Below, in pieces: positions 50,691-64,000 of a stretch of DNA of 64,000 nt. Each line of letters starts with the position of its first letter. Positions within the stretch are counted from its first letter, which is position 1. Both the position numbers and the translations under genes were made by a program. The stretch spans positions 76,198,001 through 76,262,000 of the forward strand of contig OZ336881.1 in assembly GCA_965287045.1 (NCBI GenBank), in the 5' to 3' direction. A model generated the notes under the pieces. It saw only the letters and a list, made by a program, of their open reading frames with translations, was not told the DNA's origin and did no database searches. Source of the DNA: Carcharhinus amblyrhynchos. Taxonomy: Eukaryota.

Positions 50691-53600
50691 TATGGAGCTC
50701 AATGGCCCAGTACATCAATGGCTATGTTACTATGGCATGGACGATTTTCAAGCCTGTGTGAGAAAAACACCACACTGTTCTGCATTCATTACTGAGCCAA
50801 AATGACAAAGACCTTTGTTAAAAACACATGATTTTCAGATGAAGCAGACTTTGAGATTTTAGTGTACATGAAACAAACACAAAACAGTAAGCTTTTGTAA
50901 CTAATCTAGCAATCTTGATTAGACAAAGGAAGGTTCTACCACATCAAATTCCTTCTTCTAATCGATTCCAAGATCCTACCCTAATAGAATTCAATTAAGC
51001 AGATCCACAGAAATTCTTAAAACTGTGACTTTGATTTTATGATGGAACTTTCAATAATCTATTTGAATCCTGATAAATGCTGCTGAAAATTTTCCCCAAG
51101 TACATTTTTGAAGCTGTTGGCTGTTTAAAGCAGGTACAGTTAAGGGCACCCCTCCATCACTATTCCTTAAATAGATGAAACTGTTATTCCCATTAGTTGG
51201 ATTTCATTTTCCTTTCTAATCCAGGAAACAATCAGAAATTCAAAATTAGTGTTGCCAATTAACATTAGCAGCAGAGGTTGAGAAAAATACATTTTGACTC
51301 AGTAACCAATGGTGCTTTTACACCTGTCCCGAGTATTTATAGGTATCTATCAAAAAATATTCAAATGCAGTCCTAAACATTTTTCAGAAAGCATTCCAAT
51401 CTTTGAAAAGCACAATGTTTGAAAACAAAACACACAACGACAACCCCTTCCCCCCCCACAATCAGAAAACTCTTATCGGCTATTTTTGGTAACATATCCC
51501 ATATGCTTATGCTTTATATTAATTAAGTCAAATGTCTATCAAAATTGAAGCCTTTTTTTTTAAAAAAAACTGTGCCAATCTATTGCACATTGATTTTGAA
51601 GTTGACATTAAAGAACTTCACGTCAGCGTATGCACCTGACCCAAGATTTTGGATCTTCCCAATGACTTTTCTCACTAGCAAGATCAATTTACAACAAAAT
51701 ATCACAAAGTATTCCCCCGTTCTTTGCCATTCTGTAGTGCATCAAAATTGAGAGATAATATATTGGGAGAAGGTAATATACCCCACACACATCTCAGATC
51801 AAAAGTCTTACGGCAATGCTACACATTTGTTCCTAGTATCTTAAAATAACAACTCAAACAAAATTCAACTTCAATTCCAAGTTTTTAGTGTTCAAAACCC
51901 AAAGTATAAAATCCAGAAGAACACCTGCATATTCAGATTTCAAGATCTTTATACCCACATTCTTAAGTCTTCTTCCTCAACCATGGTAAAATTTGTATCA
52001 ATTTGTAGATTCCAATGAATGCGCTGTACCATGTATTTCTCTGTATTTATTGTAATGACTGCAATTTTGCTCAATTCATCAAAAGAAAAATACTGCTTTA
52101 TATTTTTTGATTTCTGGATGCCACAATAAGCATTTTGCAGCCAATTACTGTTGAAATACAGAAACTAATTATACATGCTAAGGCCACACAAATAGCAATG
52201 TGATAAAACTGAGTTTTTAAGTTTTGTTGGTGATGTTGCGAAAACTTTAAATCTCTTCTTGGGACCTCAGTTTTCACTTGTTATCCCAAAGATGGCACCG
52301 CAATACCATACTGAAATATCAGTCTAGATTATCTGTTCAAGACTCCCAAGTGGGGCCTGAACCACTTGAAGTACCATGCTTCATTAAGCCAAGGTTGACA
52401 AGCCCTCTAATTTGGCACTTTTGTATAAGCACTTTTGGCACTTTTTCAAAGCTCATATCCACATCATTGATGTAATGGAGGCAAACAGATAACAGCCAAA
52501 CTGCTTATTTAAGTCTACTTTTTGCTTTCTGCTTCCAAGCAACCTTTAAACATAAGTTATATCCCCTTTTAATATAATGCACCTTTTCATAACAAACCTC
52601 TTTTGTAGAACCCCTTGAAAATACATTTAAAATATCTACAGCATACCCTTTGCCTGTACATATATTGTGATTTCTTTAAAAAATTTCAGTTACATTAATC
52701 AACTCTAATCTACTCTTTACATGTCTTGTTGCACCCCCCAATTATCAACGCCTTTCTGTAGTCATTAATCTTATTCTAAGCCCTGGACTCCTGATGACTG
52801 CCCAAAACCAAAGGGGCCTGTTTTAGAGCTTCAAACATGAGGAAGTCACTTTACTATCTAATATGTTCAAGTTAGTCAGCAAGTAAGTCCAGTCACCAAA
52901 AAATATTTCTTTAATCCTGGCTAAAATCAGCATTCTATGATAAACTGAATTGCCAGAAGTCATATACAGAAAGTTTGTACGTTTAGAAACTTGACTATTT
53001 GATTTGTGAAGTTTGAATAATTAAAACTGATCTGTATCATACAAAGTGTAGTTTTGCGCAAATTACATAACATCTGTAAAAATTACTGCCATTTAAAGTT
53101 ATCCATAATTATTATCAGCAACTAATATTGAACACATTCAGTGCTGGGACATAGTAATATGATGGTTATGGTACTCGACAAGAAGTCGACGGTTAAGAGT
53201 TTAAATAGCATGTTCAAAAAACAGTTTACTCTTTATGGTCTCTAATTTGGCCTCACCAGCCAGTTGTTCAAACAACCAAAACTCATAAGGTAACAAGGAT
53301 TTTGTATTCAACTCTTGCAAGATTTGCACACATAACGAGAACAAATATAAAGAAATTTACAACTAATCACTGAAGTTTCAAAATTTGCTAACGCATTGAT
53401 AATATGATACATTTACATAGAAAATACTGAAGTCGAACATCATCTCACTGCACAAAAAACTTGATTATAACCTGATGGATTATATTCTTCATTAAAAAAG
53501 TGGATTATTAGTGACGATACTGGTCACTTTATAAATATCAAATCTGTTTAACAGTTTTAAATACTGGAACTAAGATAGGCACATGGAGCTAAGTATTTTG

Positions 53601-53979
53601 CAACTGGAGGCACGAGTTTCCACTGATATGGGAGACAATTCATTACTATTTAAGCATCAAATTTTATTACAAGATGATAATTCTGTTGTGAGAAATCCTA
53701 TGCTATACTAATTTCACCCTAGATTTTTAAAAATTTACTGTAGCAGTGTCAACTGATTTGCAACAGAACGTTACAGCTGTGGGGTTTTTTTTTAAGCAAA
53801 CTGTAAGATACATATTTTATACATTTAAATGGCAAACAATGAAAGTCTTCCCAAGGATGAAGATTAATTAGCAAATTAGAAATCAGTGTTTACACCATCT
53901 CTAACCAGACCAAGGTGATGAATCATTTTGGCATCAACCAAAATAATTTTCTGGAAATCAAAATGCCTCATGACATCAA

Positions 53980-54345
53980 TGCCTTGATTCTCAAATTCTC
54001 ATCCTTGTTTTCAAATCCTTCTATGGCCTCACCCCTCCCCATCTCCAACCTACTTCAGCCCTACAACTCTCCAATGTACCGGCAACCCTCCCATTCTGTC
54101 GATTTGATCATCCCAGATTTTAACTGCTCCACCAATGGCAGCTTTATCTTCAATTGACAAGGCCCTAAACTTTGGAATTCCCTTCTGACCATCTCTGGTC
54201 TCTACCCTTCTCATCTCATAATGCTCCTTAAAAACACACTCTTTGATCAAGTTGTTGGTCATCTGCCCCAATGTCAAATTTTGTTTGATAATGCTCCTGT
54301 GAAGCTTGGGACATTTTACTACATTACAGTTATTACACATAGAAA
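53980..54345 (+). mobile_element. L2-type LINE 3' end
   Basis: aaatccttctatggcctcacccctcccca..ggccctaaactttggaattccct..ctccttaaaaacacactctttgatcaag..cctgtgaagc..gggacattttactacatt; related tail at about 9340-9550. Confidence 0.62.
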
Positions 54346-57300
54346 TACACATGGTTGAAACTACTCAATGTACTCATTGGTTTAAATCCCTCTTCTGAAC
54401 CAGCAGTCAGTGGAAAAATTAAAACTAATTCACTAGGTACTTCAATTTGTTTAGAAACTCCAACTGCCACTGTTTATATATCCAACCACATACATGTGCT
54501 GCATAGGAGCTAGAACTTCTCCTGATTGATGCAGGGTAACTCCATGAGACTGTAATTTTTCCCAATCCATTCTTTTTGGAATAACATTTCATTAGTCCTA
54601 GACATAAAACTGAGGTAAGGAAAAGTCAAGTAGCAGAATCAATACCTAACCTGCCTTTTGGCAGGCCAATCAACTAGGACTTCTTTTAAACAAAAAGAAA
54701 AAATTACAGAGAGCATGGATGCACTGGGTTGAAAGGCACAATGAGAAAATAAAATAAAAACAAAAACTTTGCTTTGCACCAAATTAGCTTTTTCTTTAAT
54801 TCTTTTTTCATTTCCTAATCAACTCATTGCCTTATTTCCATGCATTCTTTTAACTAGGAGATCCTACAATAAATATCTTTTCAGCTTTCTTCTCACACTG
54901 CTTTGTAACCATCCATCCATTATTGTTTTTTAAAAATAAGATCACGTCAACCTTTTACACCAGAAGTTCATTGTTCTACCATCACAGCCCGATCTATTTT
55001 AGTGAACAGCTAGAAAAGTAAATGCGTGCACAGTCCATGAAATCAGAGTCAGATTTATTTTTATCCTTACCAAAACCTGTAACTAAACCAGTAGCTACAC
55101 CTTCCTAATAAAAGCTACAGGAAGAGATCTTAAGATGCATGTTGCCAGATTTGAAATCCAAATTTCAATGTCATGGGCAGTGGAGTGAAAGTGCAATGAT
55201 ATCCAATGTTGAAGCAACCTACTATTCTTCACTGACTGCCTCTGGTTGCATGAAACAATATATTAAATACAAAATGATTATTTTATTGATAAATTATTGT
55301 GGATACAATTTCCACAAAATGATTTACGCTGCTATTATTCTGGCCACTCTAAATGGAGATTTACCCAAGCTTCCTGGATATGACCTTACGCAAATATGCT
55401 GGTTGAATCTTGGGTATAAAACTGCAATGAGCAATTTAACTAGCATAGGAACAGAAGGCATGATCACCTGTGGTGGAGCGATTCTAACTGGGAATGCACT
55501 GGAGGCCAGAATTAGAAGACAGCAGATAATCAGGAGGGTTGTAAGGCTGTAGATCACACAGATAGAGTACCATCAAATCAGAGCTTTATGTTAATGCAAC
55601 TTGGAGGAAGATGGCAATGGCATGGATTTCTAACTCTCATCCCAGGACTGCAGAAGAACGCTACAGTAAGTTCCAGATATAGTGCAAGCAAAGTAACACA
55701 CTGCAGACCATTCCACTTTCTTCCTTGTGCAACAGGTATCATCTTGTTAAAAGCTAAACTTAAAGAATAATGCTCACAATGATCTCTGGTTAAGTGTCCC
55801 CAACAAATTATTCTGCACTATAACTCTCCAAAACACAATACCAAATCTTTTCATCCAAAATATGCTAACTATTTCACCTCTCCCCATGCTGTTTGCCATT
55901 TACTCAACTGCCAGCTTTAATTTACTTACCACCTTGCAGGAGGAATTAGTTCATAATGCCCAAAGGCAGGCATTAATCTTAATGAATTACTCTTAAGGCA
56001 TTAAACCTTAATCCATTTAAGAACATTGGTTTGCCACATGCAACCATTCAGTTCTTGCTGTACAAAATGCCACGGTCAGGGTGCACCTTACTGTCCACCT
56101 GGCATGCTTGTGCAAAGCACAAGTAGTCACACTCTTTTACCCAATTCCTATACAAAAGGATGATGCCTCCCTATTCTTTCCTTTTACCATTTAACAGCAA
56201 ATGGGCAGTACAGCTGAAAGGATATGAGGATAGGGACCATACCAGCCAGGATTTATAGCTGCATGCAATACTTTACTTCAGGATAGTAGCTGCTGCCAGG
56301 TTACAGGCCAACCAGCTCAGAGCATCCTAAAATCAAAGGCAGCAACATTCTCTACTAGCTGTCATGGGGGTAGGACTTCTCAGTGAGGTAACCCATTTGT
56401 GCAGTACTATAGTTTGTTCAGTCCCCACAATTATGGCTCTTAAGCGGGAAAAGGAGAAGGTGCCCATCATCAGTGTGATTTCCTCACCTGAGTACCCCTC
56501 ATATTGGGCTGTGAGGGGCACGAATCAAAATTTGCTGTTGCTCAGACTTTTAAGGAGCAGTTAGAAGAAACTGCAGGTGTCTTTTGGCCATTCATAAAAA
56601 ACACAAGATAATGTTTCTTACTTTCAATGATCACCTATCAGAAACCCTCATTTCCATCTTTAACAGCCAATTCTGATAGCTGTTGCACCTAAAAGTAACA
56701 CTTGGAACTTACCTAAATAAATAAAATATAGCCATCAGGACATTTCCTGGATAAGTACAAGAAATGCCCTGATGCTGCCTGGCAGCCACAGGCAACTGAT
56801 GGGCAGAACATGGCATGGCTCAAGTTACAATTAATATTGTGATAGTTGGGATGGAAAACAGTTTAAAAGTGCACAAGCACCAGAAACACTCCCCCACCCC
56901 CCCAAGTTTCCCTGATGCAAAAATGGTTAGGAATCAGTGAGAAAATTCAGTCCACATATCAACCACCTACTGTAGGCACCTCAAAAGTTATACATCTCTC
57001 TGCAAATGTTCTTTCTCACTTTGTTTTTCCTCCTCCCTGTCAGACACTAACTAGGGACCTGCATCCCTCTCAGAGTACAGAGTACAATGCAAAACCTCTG
57101 CTTCTCAAACTCCATTTGGAACATTCTGCTGCCACAGACACACTTACATCAAATTGTAAGCAGGTAAAAGCTTCAATCAGCTAGCAGTCTTTCAATTCTA
57201 TTTCCAGTTTTATCTGCTTGGCTCGTTTGTTGATTTTTTTTCTTGGAAAATTGGAAGACTGAAGAATAGCTAATGCCCTCCTTTGCTGAACTGCTGCAAG

Positions 57301-57487
57301 GAAGCTTGAAACACCAGATTGAAAACAAGCAGCTGAACAAACAAATAAATAACGTTCAAAAAAAAATCAGGGTATTCACATATTAAACCATTAAGCCTTC
57401 ATTTGTTTTCACAATGCACGAGTTATTCACGAGTAAAGTCAGGATACATAGTGCAATAACAGTAAGCAGAAATGGGCCAGTGATAGG

Positions 57488-60400
57488 TGTTATGTAATTG
57501 CTTTCAGGTATCAAGAGATTTCAGACTTTATTAGGGACAAAAGGTATTTACTGATAAAGAGAAACTTGGTATACAGCTTTGCAGCCCTAAGCTGCCTTGG
57601 AGCAACACTCCAGTTTCTACATGCTTACTACAAGGCTACCAGATGTATTCTGCCCGCGAGAGGATTCCACCCTCTGGGGTGATCATTCACTCTCGATTCC
57701 CATTTGTCGCACAAGTCAGGAGACCCTCTTCTGCTGTAGTCTTACAAAATCAGACACCACAATCACTGCATTTCTTGCCCTATAATTTTTTTTCATATAA
57801 TCTTCAAAATCGATTTACTCAACCCCACATTCTAAATAAACATTATACACAGAAGTTAGATATTCGCAAATCAACGTAGTGATTGTTCAATGTTGAGATA
57901 TTGAGGCTTGCACTTAACACTTTTATTCGTCGGCTTCAACTATGCAGAGTTCCAAACATGGCCTTGCATGAGATTCTTCCATACAGGTTTGCTGCTTTCC
58001 AAATTCAGCTCTAGATCATGCGTTGACCATAAACTACATAGTTTACTTTGTGGATGGTGTCACTCTCCAATTCTTCGTGAATCCTTTTCTGTGTCAAGTA
58101 CCTTACTCTAAAATGCATGTAATTCATCAAGATACAACACAATCTTATGTCTTGACAGATCACTCACAATCTTGATCTGTTACTTGTGAAGGAACAGTCA
58201 TAGTACTTGGTTTCTGGTACGTAGATTATGTGATGAAGTTCCTTCTTTTTCTAGTATTTATATTCAACATCTTTCCCATTAATCACGTTATCATATTAGT
58301 TCTTGTGCATTTCTATTAGTGTGACCATTTCAGCATGTAATCTCAAGTTTCCTTCTCTGCGTGAATTGCTGCTTTGTCTAGTTCTCTCTGGCATAACTTC
58401 CACAGCAGAGTGATTTCATTTTCCAACCTCTTTCTTCTATCTTCCACACCAACAATTTCCTACTTGAAACCAAGTAGCTTTTCGTTTCATTCTCTACTTC
58501 TGCAATTCATTCAGTTTAATCATTCTAGAGTTTCTTTCATGGTGAATCCAATATTGTCATCTAACAATATTTGATAACAGTCTCTCCCTTCTCATGTTTT
58601 TAGACAACTGCCACATTCCTTTTATTGTAGTTGCATGCGACTCTGCTTCTTTGTTCAACATTTCTTCTTCTTGCTATTCATTAGACAACTCCCTGAATTG
58701 CTAACTTGTTCCAACAATTGTGCTCTCTCTTTAGGTTTGTTCATTGTTGAGTCATCCTCAGCACGCAAACACCGGACAGTTTCTGCCTCTCCAGCATGCC
58801 AATTCTCAAGCACATTTATATATTTTACACAACTGTAGTTCAATTGGATCTCTAGAGAATTCCCAGTAAAAGCTCTAGTCTAATTTCTGCTTCAACAGTA
58901 TAGTAACTCTTGCGGTAAATGATACAGGACATCCTACATGAGTGCCATGGATCAAATCTTTGATGCATTTCATTCAGCGAAGCAGTTCTCTCACTCATCA
59001 CAAAACTGATGACATTCACTAGATAGAATTTCCTTTACAGTTCTCAACTTCCATGCTATAACTTCTTGTTGCTGAGTTTCGCTTGTGCTTTTTCTCTCAA
59101 TCCTTTTGACCTTTTATTCACTTCTTCATGCTCCTAACTTCTTCACTGTTTGCTGGTGAATGCTGTACTGTTTCTCACTGGCCCTAACAGATTTCCAAGC
59201 TACTTCCACCTTTTGGATGATGCTGGTTTTTCTTCATCTTTGATATAGTTGGGTTGCTTCTCAATTAGATTAGGGTCACTAACACTTACCTCATTGTCTA
59301 TTTGCTGTAGTTGTGAGGTTAATTCAATTTTATTTGTTTACTCTCACTATTTCTGCCTGATCACAACTTCATTGGCGTGCAGTTTAAAACTTCAAGGAAC
59401 TTCTTATTACAGTACAAAAGCATGAAATGCATTTGAAGCTTGCCTGCTTTCTGCTCATCAGTTGGTTATTTAGGGTCCATCAGCGCTCCCCTTCCAGGAC
59501 CCAATGGCACCTATTCTGGTGTTGCCTCTAGTTTTGAGGGCTTATTACCTCCTCTAAGCTCCAGCATAGCCTCTTCTCTGAGGTCTTAAAGTCTTCCAAA
59601 GAGATCTTGCATCGCTTATGGACCCCTTTTGAGAATTGTTCTCTGATTATCCTGTCCCTTTGACCCTTCTTGTGGTTGCTGCATTAAATGCTGTACAACT
59701 TTAAATGTATTGCTACTTCGAGACTATCAACAGCCACAGCTGCTGCTGTTCCTCTGTCTGTGCCTTTCCTGTGCTTCTGGAGTTTTGGCAAGAACCTGCA
59801 CCTACTCCTTTTGGACCTTTTTTAAACTGTTCAACCTCTCTTCTTAGCTGGTGAAAGATTGTTTCAATGATATCTGCAGGTTTTTTTAATGCTTCTTAGC
59901 TGCCTAAAAAGTCTTTTCTTCATTGTATTATTCTTTATTTATTCCACTTAGTGCTGTCCATTTCAGAACAATCATTTTCTTAAAATTTTAACTTATTTTC
60001 TTTTCCTTTTTTTGTAGACCTTCTCTTGTTTTAAAACAGCCAATCTTGATTGCCTGTAGTACCTTATTGCAGTGATCATTACCTGAACTCCCTGTAGGCT
60101 CTGTCAGATTGGGAGATCTGCACATCTCAGTTTCTCACTTTTCTACATTTCTGGGATAAGCCTTGCAGCTCCAAAGCTTTTCTTCCCCCTTTTCTCTTTT
60201 TAGCCTCTGAACCTGTTTAACTACGGCAAGACTCTACTTTTTATTCAAATTTATTTTTTTCAAACCTGAAACACAGCTTTCTTCGAGATGGGCATATCTT
60301 TTTTCACTTCCTTTCTTTTCTCTTTATCTCAAGTACTATTTTTCTTGCTCCTGAGGGCTAATTTTTCTTCATTTTAATTTTTCATATCTTTCCAAAACTC

Positions 60401-60765
60401 TTGACTCGCCTGCCACACTAGGTTCATTACTTTGCCTCTCAGGGTCTGGCACGATCCGGACAACTATCGCTCTGATAGGCATGTGAGTGGGTATCTCTCT
60501 TTTCCAAGCTTCAGTTAAATTGGATACTGACAGGTAGATTATGGCACCAAATTGGTCCACCTTGCTATCAATATGTTATGTAGTGGCACTCAAGCGTCAT
60601 CAAGACATATCAGACTTGGTTAGGAACAAAAGGCATTTATTCATAAAAAGAAACTGGGTTGCAGCCCTAGGCTGCTGTGGAGTAGTGGTCCTATTTTCAC
60701 ACGTTTACTACGTGGTTTCAAGATGTATTCTGCCTGAGAGAAGACTCCGCCTTCTGGGGTGAACA
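57488..60765 (-). mobile_element. ancient degenerate LTR retroelement with two about 195-bp LTRs, in an AKT3 intron
   Basis: Diverged direct repeats 57488-57685 and 60574-60765, both TGTTATGTA...GGGGTGA(T/A)CA; PBS-like TGATAGCAAGGTGG at 60557-60570 (minus); purine-rich tract next to the other LTR; interior purine-rich on minus. No TSD visible. Confidence 0.72.
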
Positions 60766-62806
60766 CTTTATTAAAGAGACATACACTACAATCATTACAT
60801 TGGGCATGAGCTAGGTGAAAAAAGGCTAACAAAGGGTTCCTGCAACGTGTGTGGAAGAAAGAAAACACGGACTGGGAGGAAAGGTCTTGAAGTGCATGTA
60901 TAGTCTTCCTTTTGGTGCCATACAATCTGGAGTCATATTACTGCTCAATACTGGCATGAATAGCTGCAGTACAAGGAGGGGTATGGGGAGGATTTTGGGA
61001 ATTGAGGCCAGGTTAGGGACTGCAAGTCAAGCTGATAGGTCAGGCGAAGTAAGCTTTTGAATAATATTAAGTTAGCAAGGATCAGAAACAATAGATATAA
61101 ATGTATATAATTACATCCATGTACAAACCTGTTGTGTTCAGTACAAGCATGAGGATAATGGCAATTACAGATGGCAAGATTACACTTTGTGAAAGTGACC
61201 ACAAGATTTCAGGAGGCTACAACTTAACATGGGACTGTGGATAGCACTCAATACATGGCCAATATTTAGATAAAAATGGACCCGAATAAGGGTACTTCGC
61301 AGACACCTGAAAAGTTTAACATCTCAGTTAACCAGTGTTTGAGGAATATGGGATTTCTAGAATGTTGATCTCAAAACATTGAACACGGGTCAATATGAGA
61401 GCTCATGTTGAGGCAAAAATAAGGTGAATGGCTGTTGTCAACTGTTATTTTGCCATGGTGGCTTGGACTGTAAGTATTAACCATGCACATTTATGACAAA
61501 CTAACTTTGCTTCCAAATCCACCAGAGAACCAATTCCCTGGCTACTTGTCTACTAGAGACTTTGCAGCTTCATGAAAATCCATTGTATCTAAAAGATCTT
61601 CACTCCACCAAAAGGATCAACTCAACTAAGACATTAGGCTTGCATCTTTTGAATTACACGAAAGTATGGGGAGACTACAGTTTCCCAGTGATATGTTCTT
61701 GGCGATGTCTCAGCAAATCAGAGTCAACCTGCCAACCAATCATACCACTTTTCTCCTCATGTAAATTGTTGCCATCACCTGAAATTTGATTGTCTTGTGT
61801 TTGTCCTAATGAGTGCAAAATGAAAAGTTTCAGCAACCTGTCTCTCTTTTCACCAATATTCAAGTTCTATACAACGAAGTGATAATTTAGAAATAGGGAT
61901 ATAATACCGTAAACTGCACCTTCTGCGAGCTCAGTTTCCCACTGGCCTCACAGGATCAAAATAATTTTCTTCATTGAAGTTTTCTCCACTTCCCTGGTCA
62001 AAGATACCAATTCATTTGGGGTATGTTTCAAGTATGACAAAACTTCTGTTAACCCTCTTAGTGACTATTTCACGCAAATGTTTGCTGGTTATTCAGTCAT
62101 GGGGAATATCAGAGTCAATTCAGTCCTGTTTCCTCTCAGTATCTCACATTTATAGCAGAAGTTATTGGAAAGTATTCTTGCGTAATTGAATGTTATTTTC
62201 TTCAGTGCAGGAGGCTTGAGTCAGTAGAAATGCTCATACTGCCGTCTTAGCTTAAAAATGGGCATTTCTGGTCTGCCTGACTCAATTGTAATTGTACAGC
62301 TTTACTAACTGGGCCAATAGAGCTTCATAAGATTTTAATGTTTACAGATGATACAAAAATTCCAAAAGAGAATCTCTCATGGTAATGATTAATTAATCTT
62401 TCCATCAACTTAAGATAGTGACTGATTGTAAGAGCATAACAAATAAATCAATGTAAAAGGGCAAATTCATAAACACCTTGCACCTACAAGTGTAAAAAAC
62501 TTATGTTGACATCTTAGAAAAATTCAGCTGTTTTTCAGCTAAAGTATTCCAGAATCAACATATTCTACCTTGCTACAGGGAATAATCCACTGAAAGCATG
62601 GAGAGCAATATAATCATATTTAAGATTTTAAATTAAGCGTAATTTGAAAAAAGCAAATTTCTTACTTAAGAAATTCTTAAATGTTCCGATATTTCAAGTG
62701 TGGATCTACTTAAATCCATATATTATTTTTCCAACTGCTGATTAATATAACCATTATTTGACCCCCAAGTTGGCATGCCAAGAATGGATGAACAAAGTAT
62801 ACCAAC

Positions 62807-62894
62807 CTTTTTGTCATAAACATCTTGCCAGTTGATTCCACTAAAAAAGCTGTGCTGCATGATGTCCTTTGCATCTTCTGGACCTCCACCAAGC
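62807..62894 (-). CDS. AKT3: AKT3 coding exon (88 bp), end of kinase domain / start of AGC C-terminal tail
   Basis: Minus strand ...gccatcag|G CTT GGT GGA GGT CCA GAA GAT... translates (R)[29 protein letters not shown]|gttggt; canonical AG/GT, ends in phase 0, matching the next exon. Confidence 0.96.
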
Positions 62895-63235
62895 CTGATG
62901 GCAAAAATAAAATGAATTAACAGTGCATATCCAATTTGTCAAAACAATTCCCCTTCACTCCTTCATGATTTTGGTGCAGGGACATTTGGTATTTGCTGTC
63001 ACAATATAACTAGATTGTGTTGTTACTTACTTGAAATTCATATTTATCTGATAAGACCAAAAATTAAAACTCAAATATAACTTATGTTTTTAAAAAATGT
63101 TTTTTGGTAAGAATTTACCAATTTGTTTATTCTTTCCATCAGCTACAGGTTACATGCTACTGAGAGATGAGGGGACAGTGAACTTCCCAATCCACCATGA
63201 ATATCTGCCAAGTATAGATGCTGTGAATGGTTAGG

Positions 63236-63565
63236 ACTGGTGCTATGGTTAACACTGCTGCTCTCAGCTCCAGAGACCTGAGCTCAATTCCAGTCTGGGC
63301 AATTATCTAAGGGAGTTTCACACGTTTTCCCTTCTGTCTGCATGGGTTTCATCCGGGTGCTCCAGTTTCCTCCAACTGTCCAAAGATGTGCAGGGTAGGT
63401 GAAATGGCCATGCTAAATTGCTCCATAGCGTACAAAAATGTGGTTAGGTGGATGGCAAGGGAAATGTGTGGGGTTAAGGGATAGGGCAAGGGAGAAGGCC
63501 TTGATAAGATACTTTGTCAGCAGACCCAATGGCCTCTTCTGCACGTGGGGATGCTATCATTTTAT
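63236..63565 (+). mobile_element. V-SINE (HE1-like), near full length
   Basis: tRNA-like head (tggttaacactgctgc..ctcaattcc), V-domain gggtttcatccgggtgctccagtttcctcc, tail aatggcctcttctgcac. Confidence 0.78.
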
Positions 63566-64000
63566 GAAATATAAAAGCACAATCTTTGGATACAACTTTC
63601 TCATAAATGTGTTCCTCCTCAAAAATTAACAAATCATATGACAAGCTAAAAAACTGCTTCTGGAACCTAAACCGAGCAGTAGCAGTGCAGCATTCTGGCT
63701 CACTGGGCCATTATGAACATTAGCTCGTCCGCTGTACAGCCTGGTAACTGGTTAATAACGGTGTTAGTCTGAGATGAGATCATCACCCAAACTAAAGAAA
63801 CAGAAATTTAAAATGGGAAAGAAAGACATGATTTAGCAATAGAACACAATTTACCTCTGGGACCTTCATTCTGTTCCATTTCAGACTGATAAGCTACAAA
63901 GACTGTTCTAACACACTGAACTATAGTGCTGCTTCTGGTAGAAATAAACAGTTGCTTCTAAGTTATTCATCTGCAAAGTATACTAGTTCCTGCAAAGTAC

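Noticed and set aside
55139-55557. 137-aa ORF in AKT3 intron
   Set aside because: No recognisable domain or splice context; consistent with chance.
60945-61202. Cys-rich minus ORF (CNLAICNCHYP..FVHGCNYI) reminiscent of viral fusion-protein motifs
   Set aside because: Short, flanked by in-frame stops, lies outside the adjacent LTR pair; similarity not supportable without a profile search.
1-64000. CRISPR arrays, operons, intact tRNA or rRNA genes
   Set aside because: Eukaryotic intron-rich DNA; no repeat-spacer arrays; tRNA-like boxes occur only in SINE heads.

Overview
Vertebrate, almost certainly elasmobranch (shark-type), AT-rich intronic/intergenic DNA covering the tail-to-tail junction of SDCCAG8 (+ strand) and AKT3 (- strand). 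AKT3 is represented by its last three coding exons (62807-62894, 49878-49980, 42474-42559, ending ...[12 protein letters not shown]) and a long, largely transposon-free 3' UTR. SDCCAG8 has one clear late exon (22000-22144) and a candidate terminal exon near 34738. The rest is mostly transposon-derived: CR1/L2/Rex LINEs, V-SINE and Deu-type SINEs, Penelope-like elements, Gypsy/LTR relics and hAT/Harbinger MITEs. Most interesting points: (1) an apparent shark counterpart of the human antisense-overlapping SDCCAG8 last exon / AKT3 alternative exon; (2) a TSD-flanked inverted Penelope-like repeat carrying hammerhead-ribozyme motifs on both strands, interrupted by a young CR1; (3) a diverged, nearly full-length U2 snRNA-derived module upstream of a polypurine tract and TG start; (4) a locally templated inverted duplication; (5) a stem-loop and clustered miRNA seed sites in the AKT3 3' UTR. 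Repeat family names and human comparisons come from recalled sequences, not from database searches; repeat boundaries are approximate unless TSDs/termini are given.
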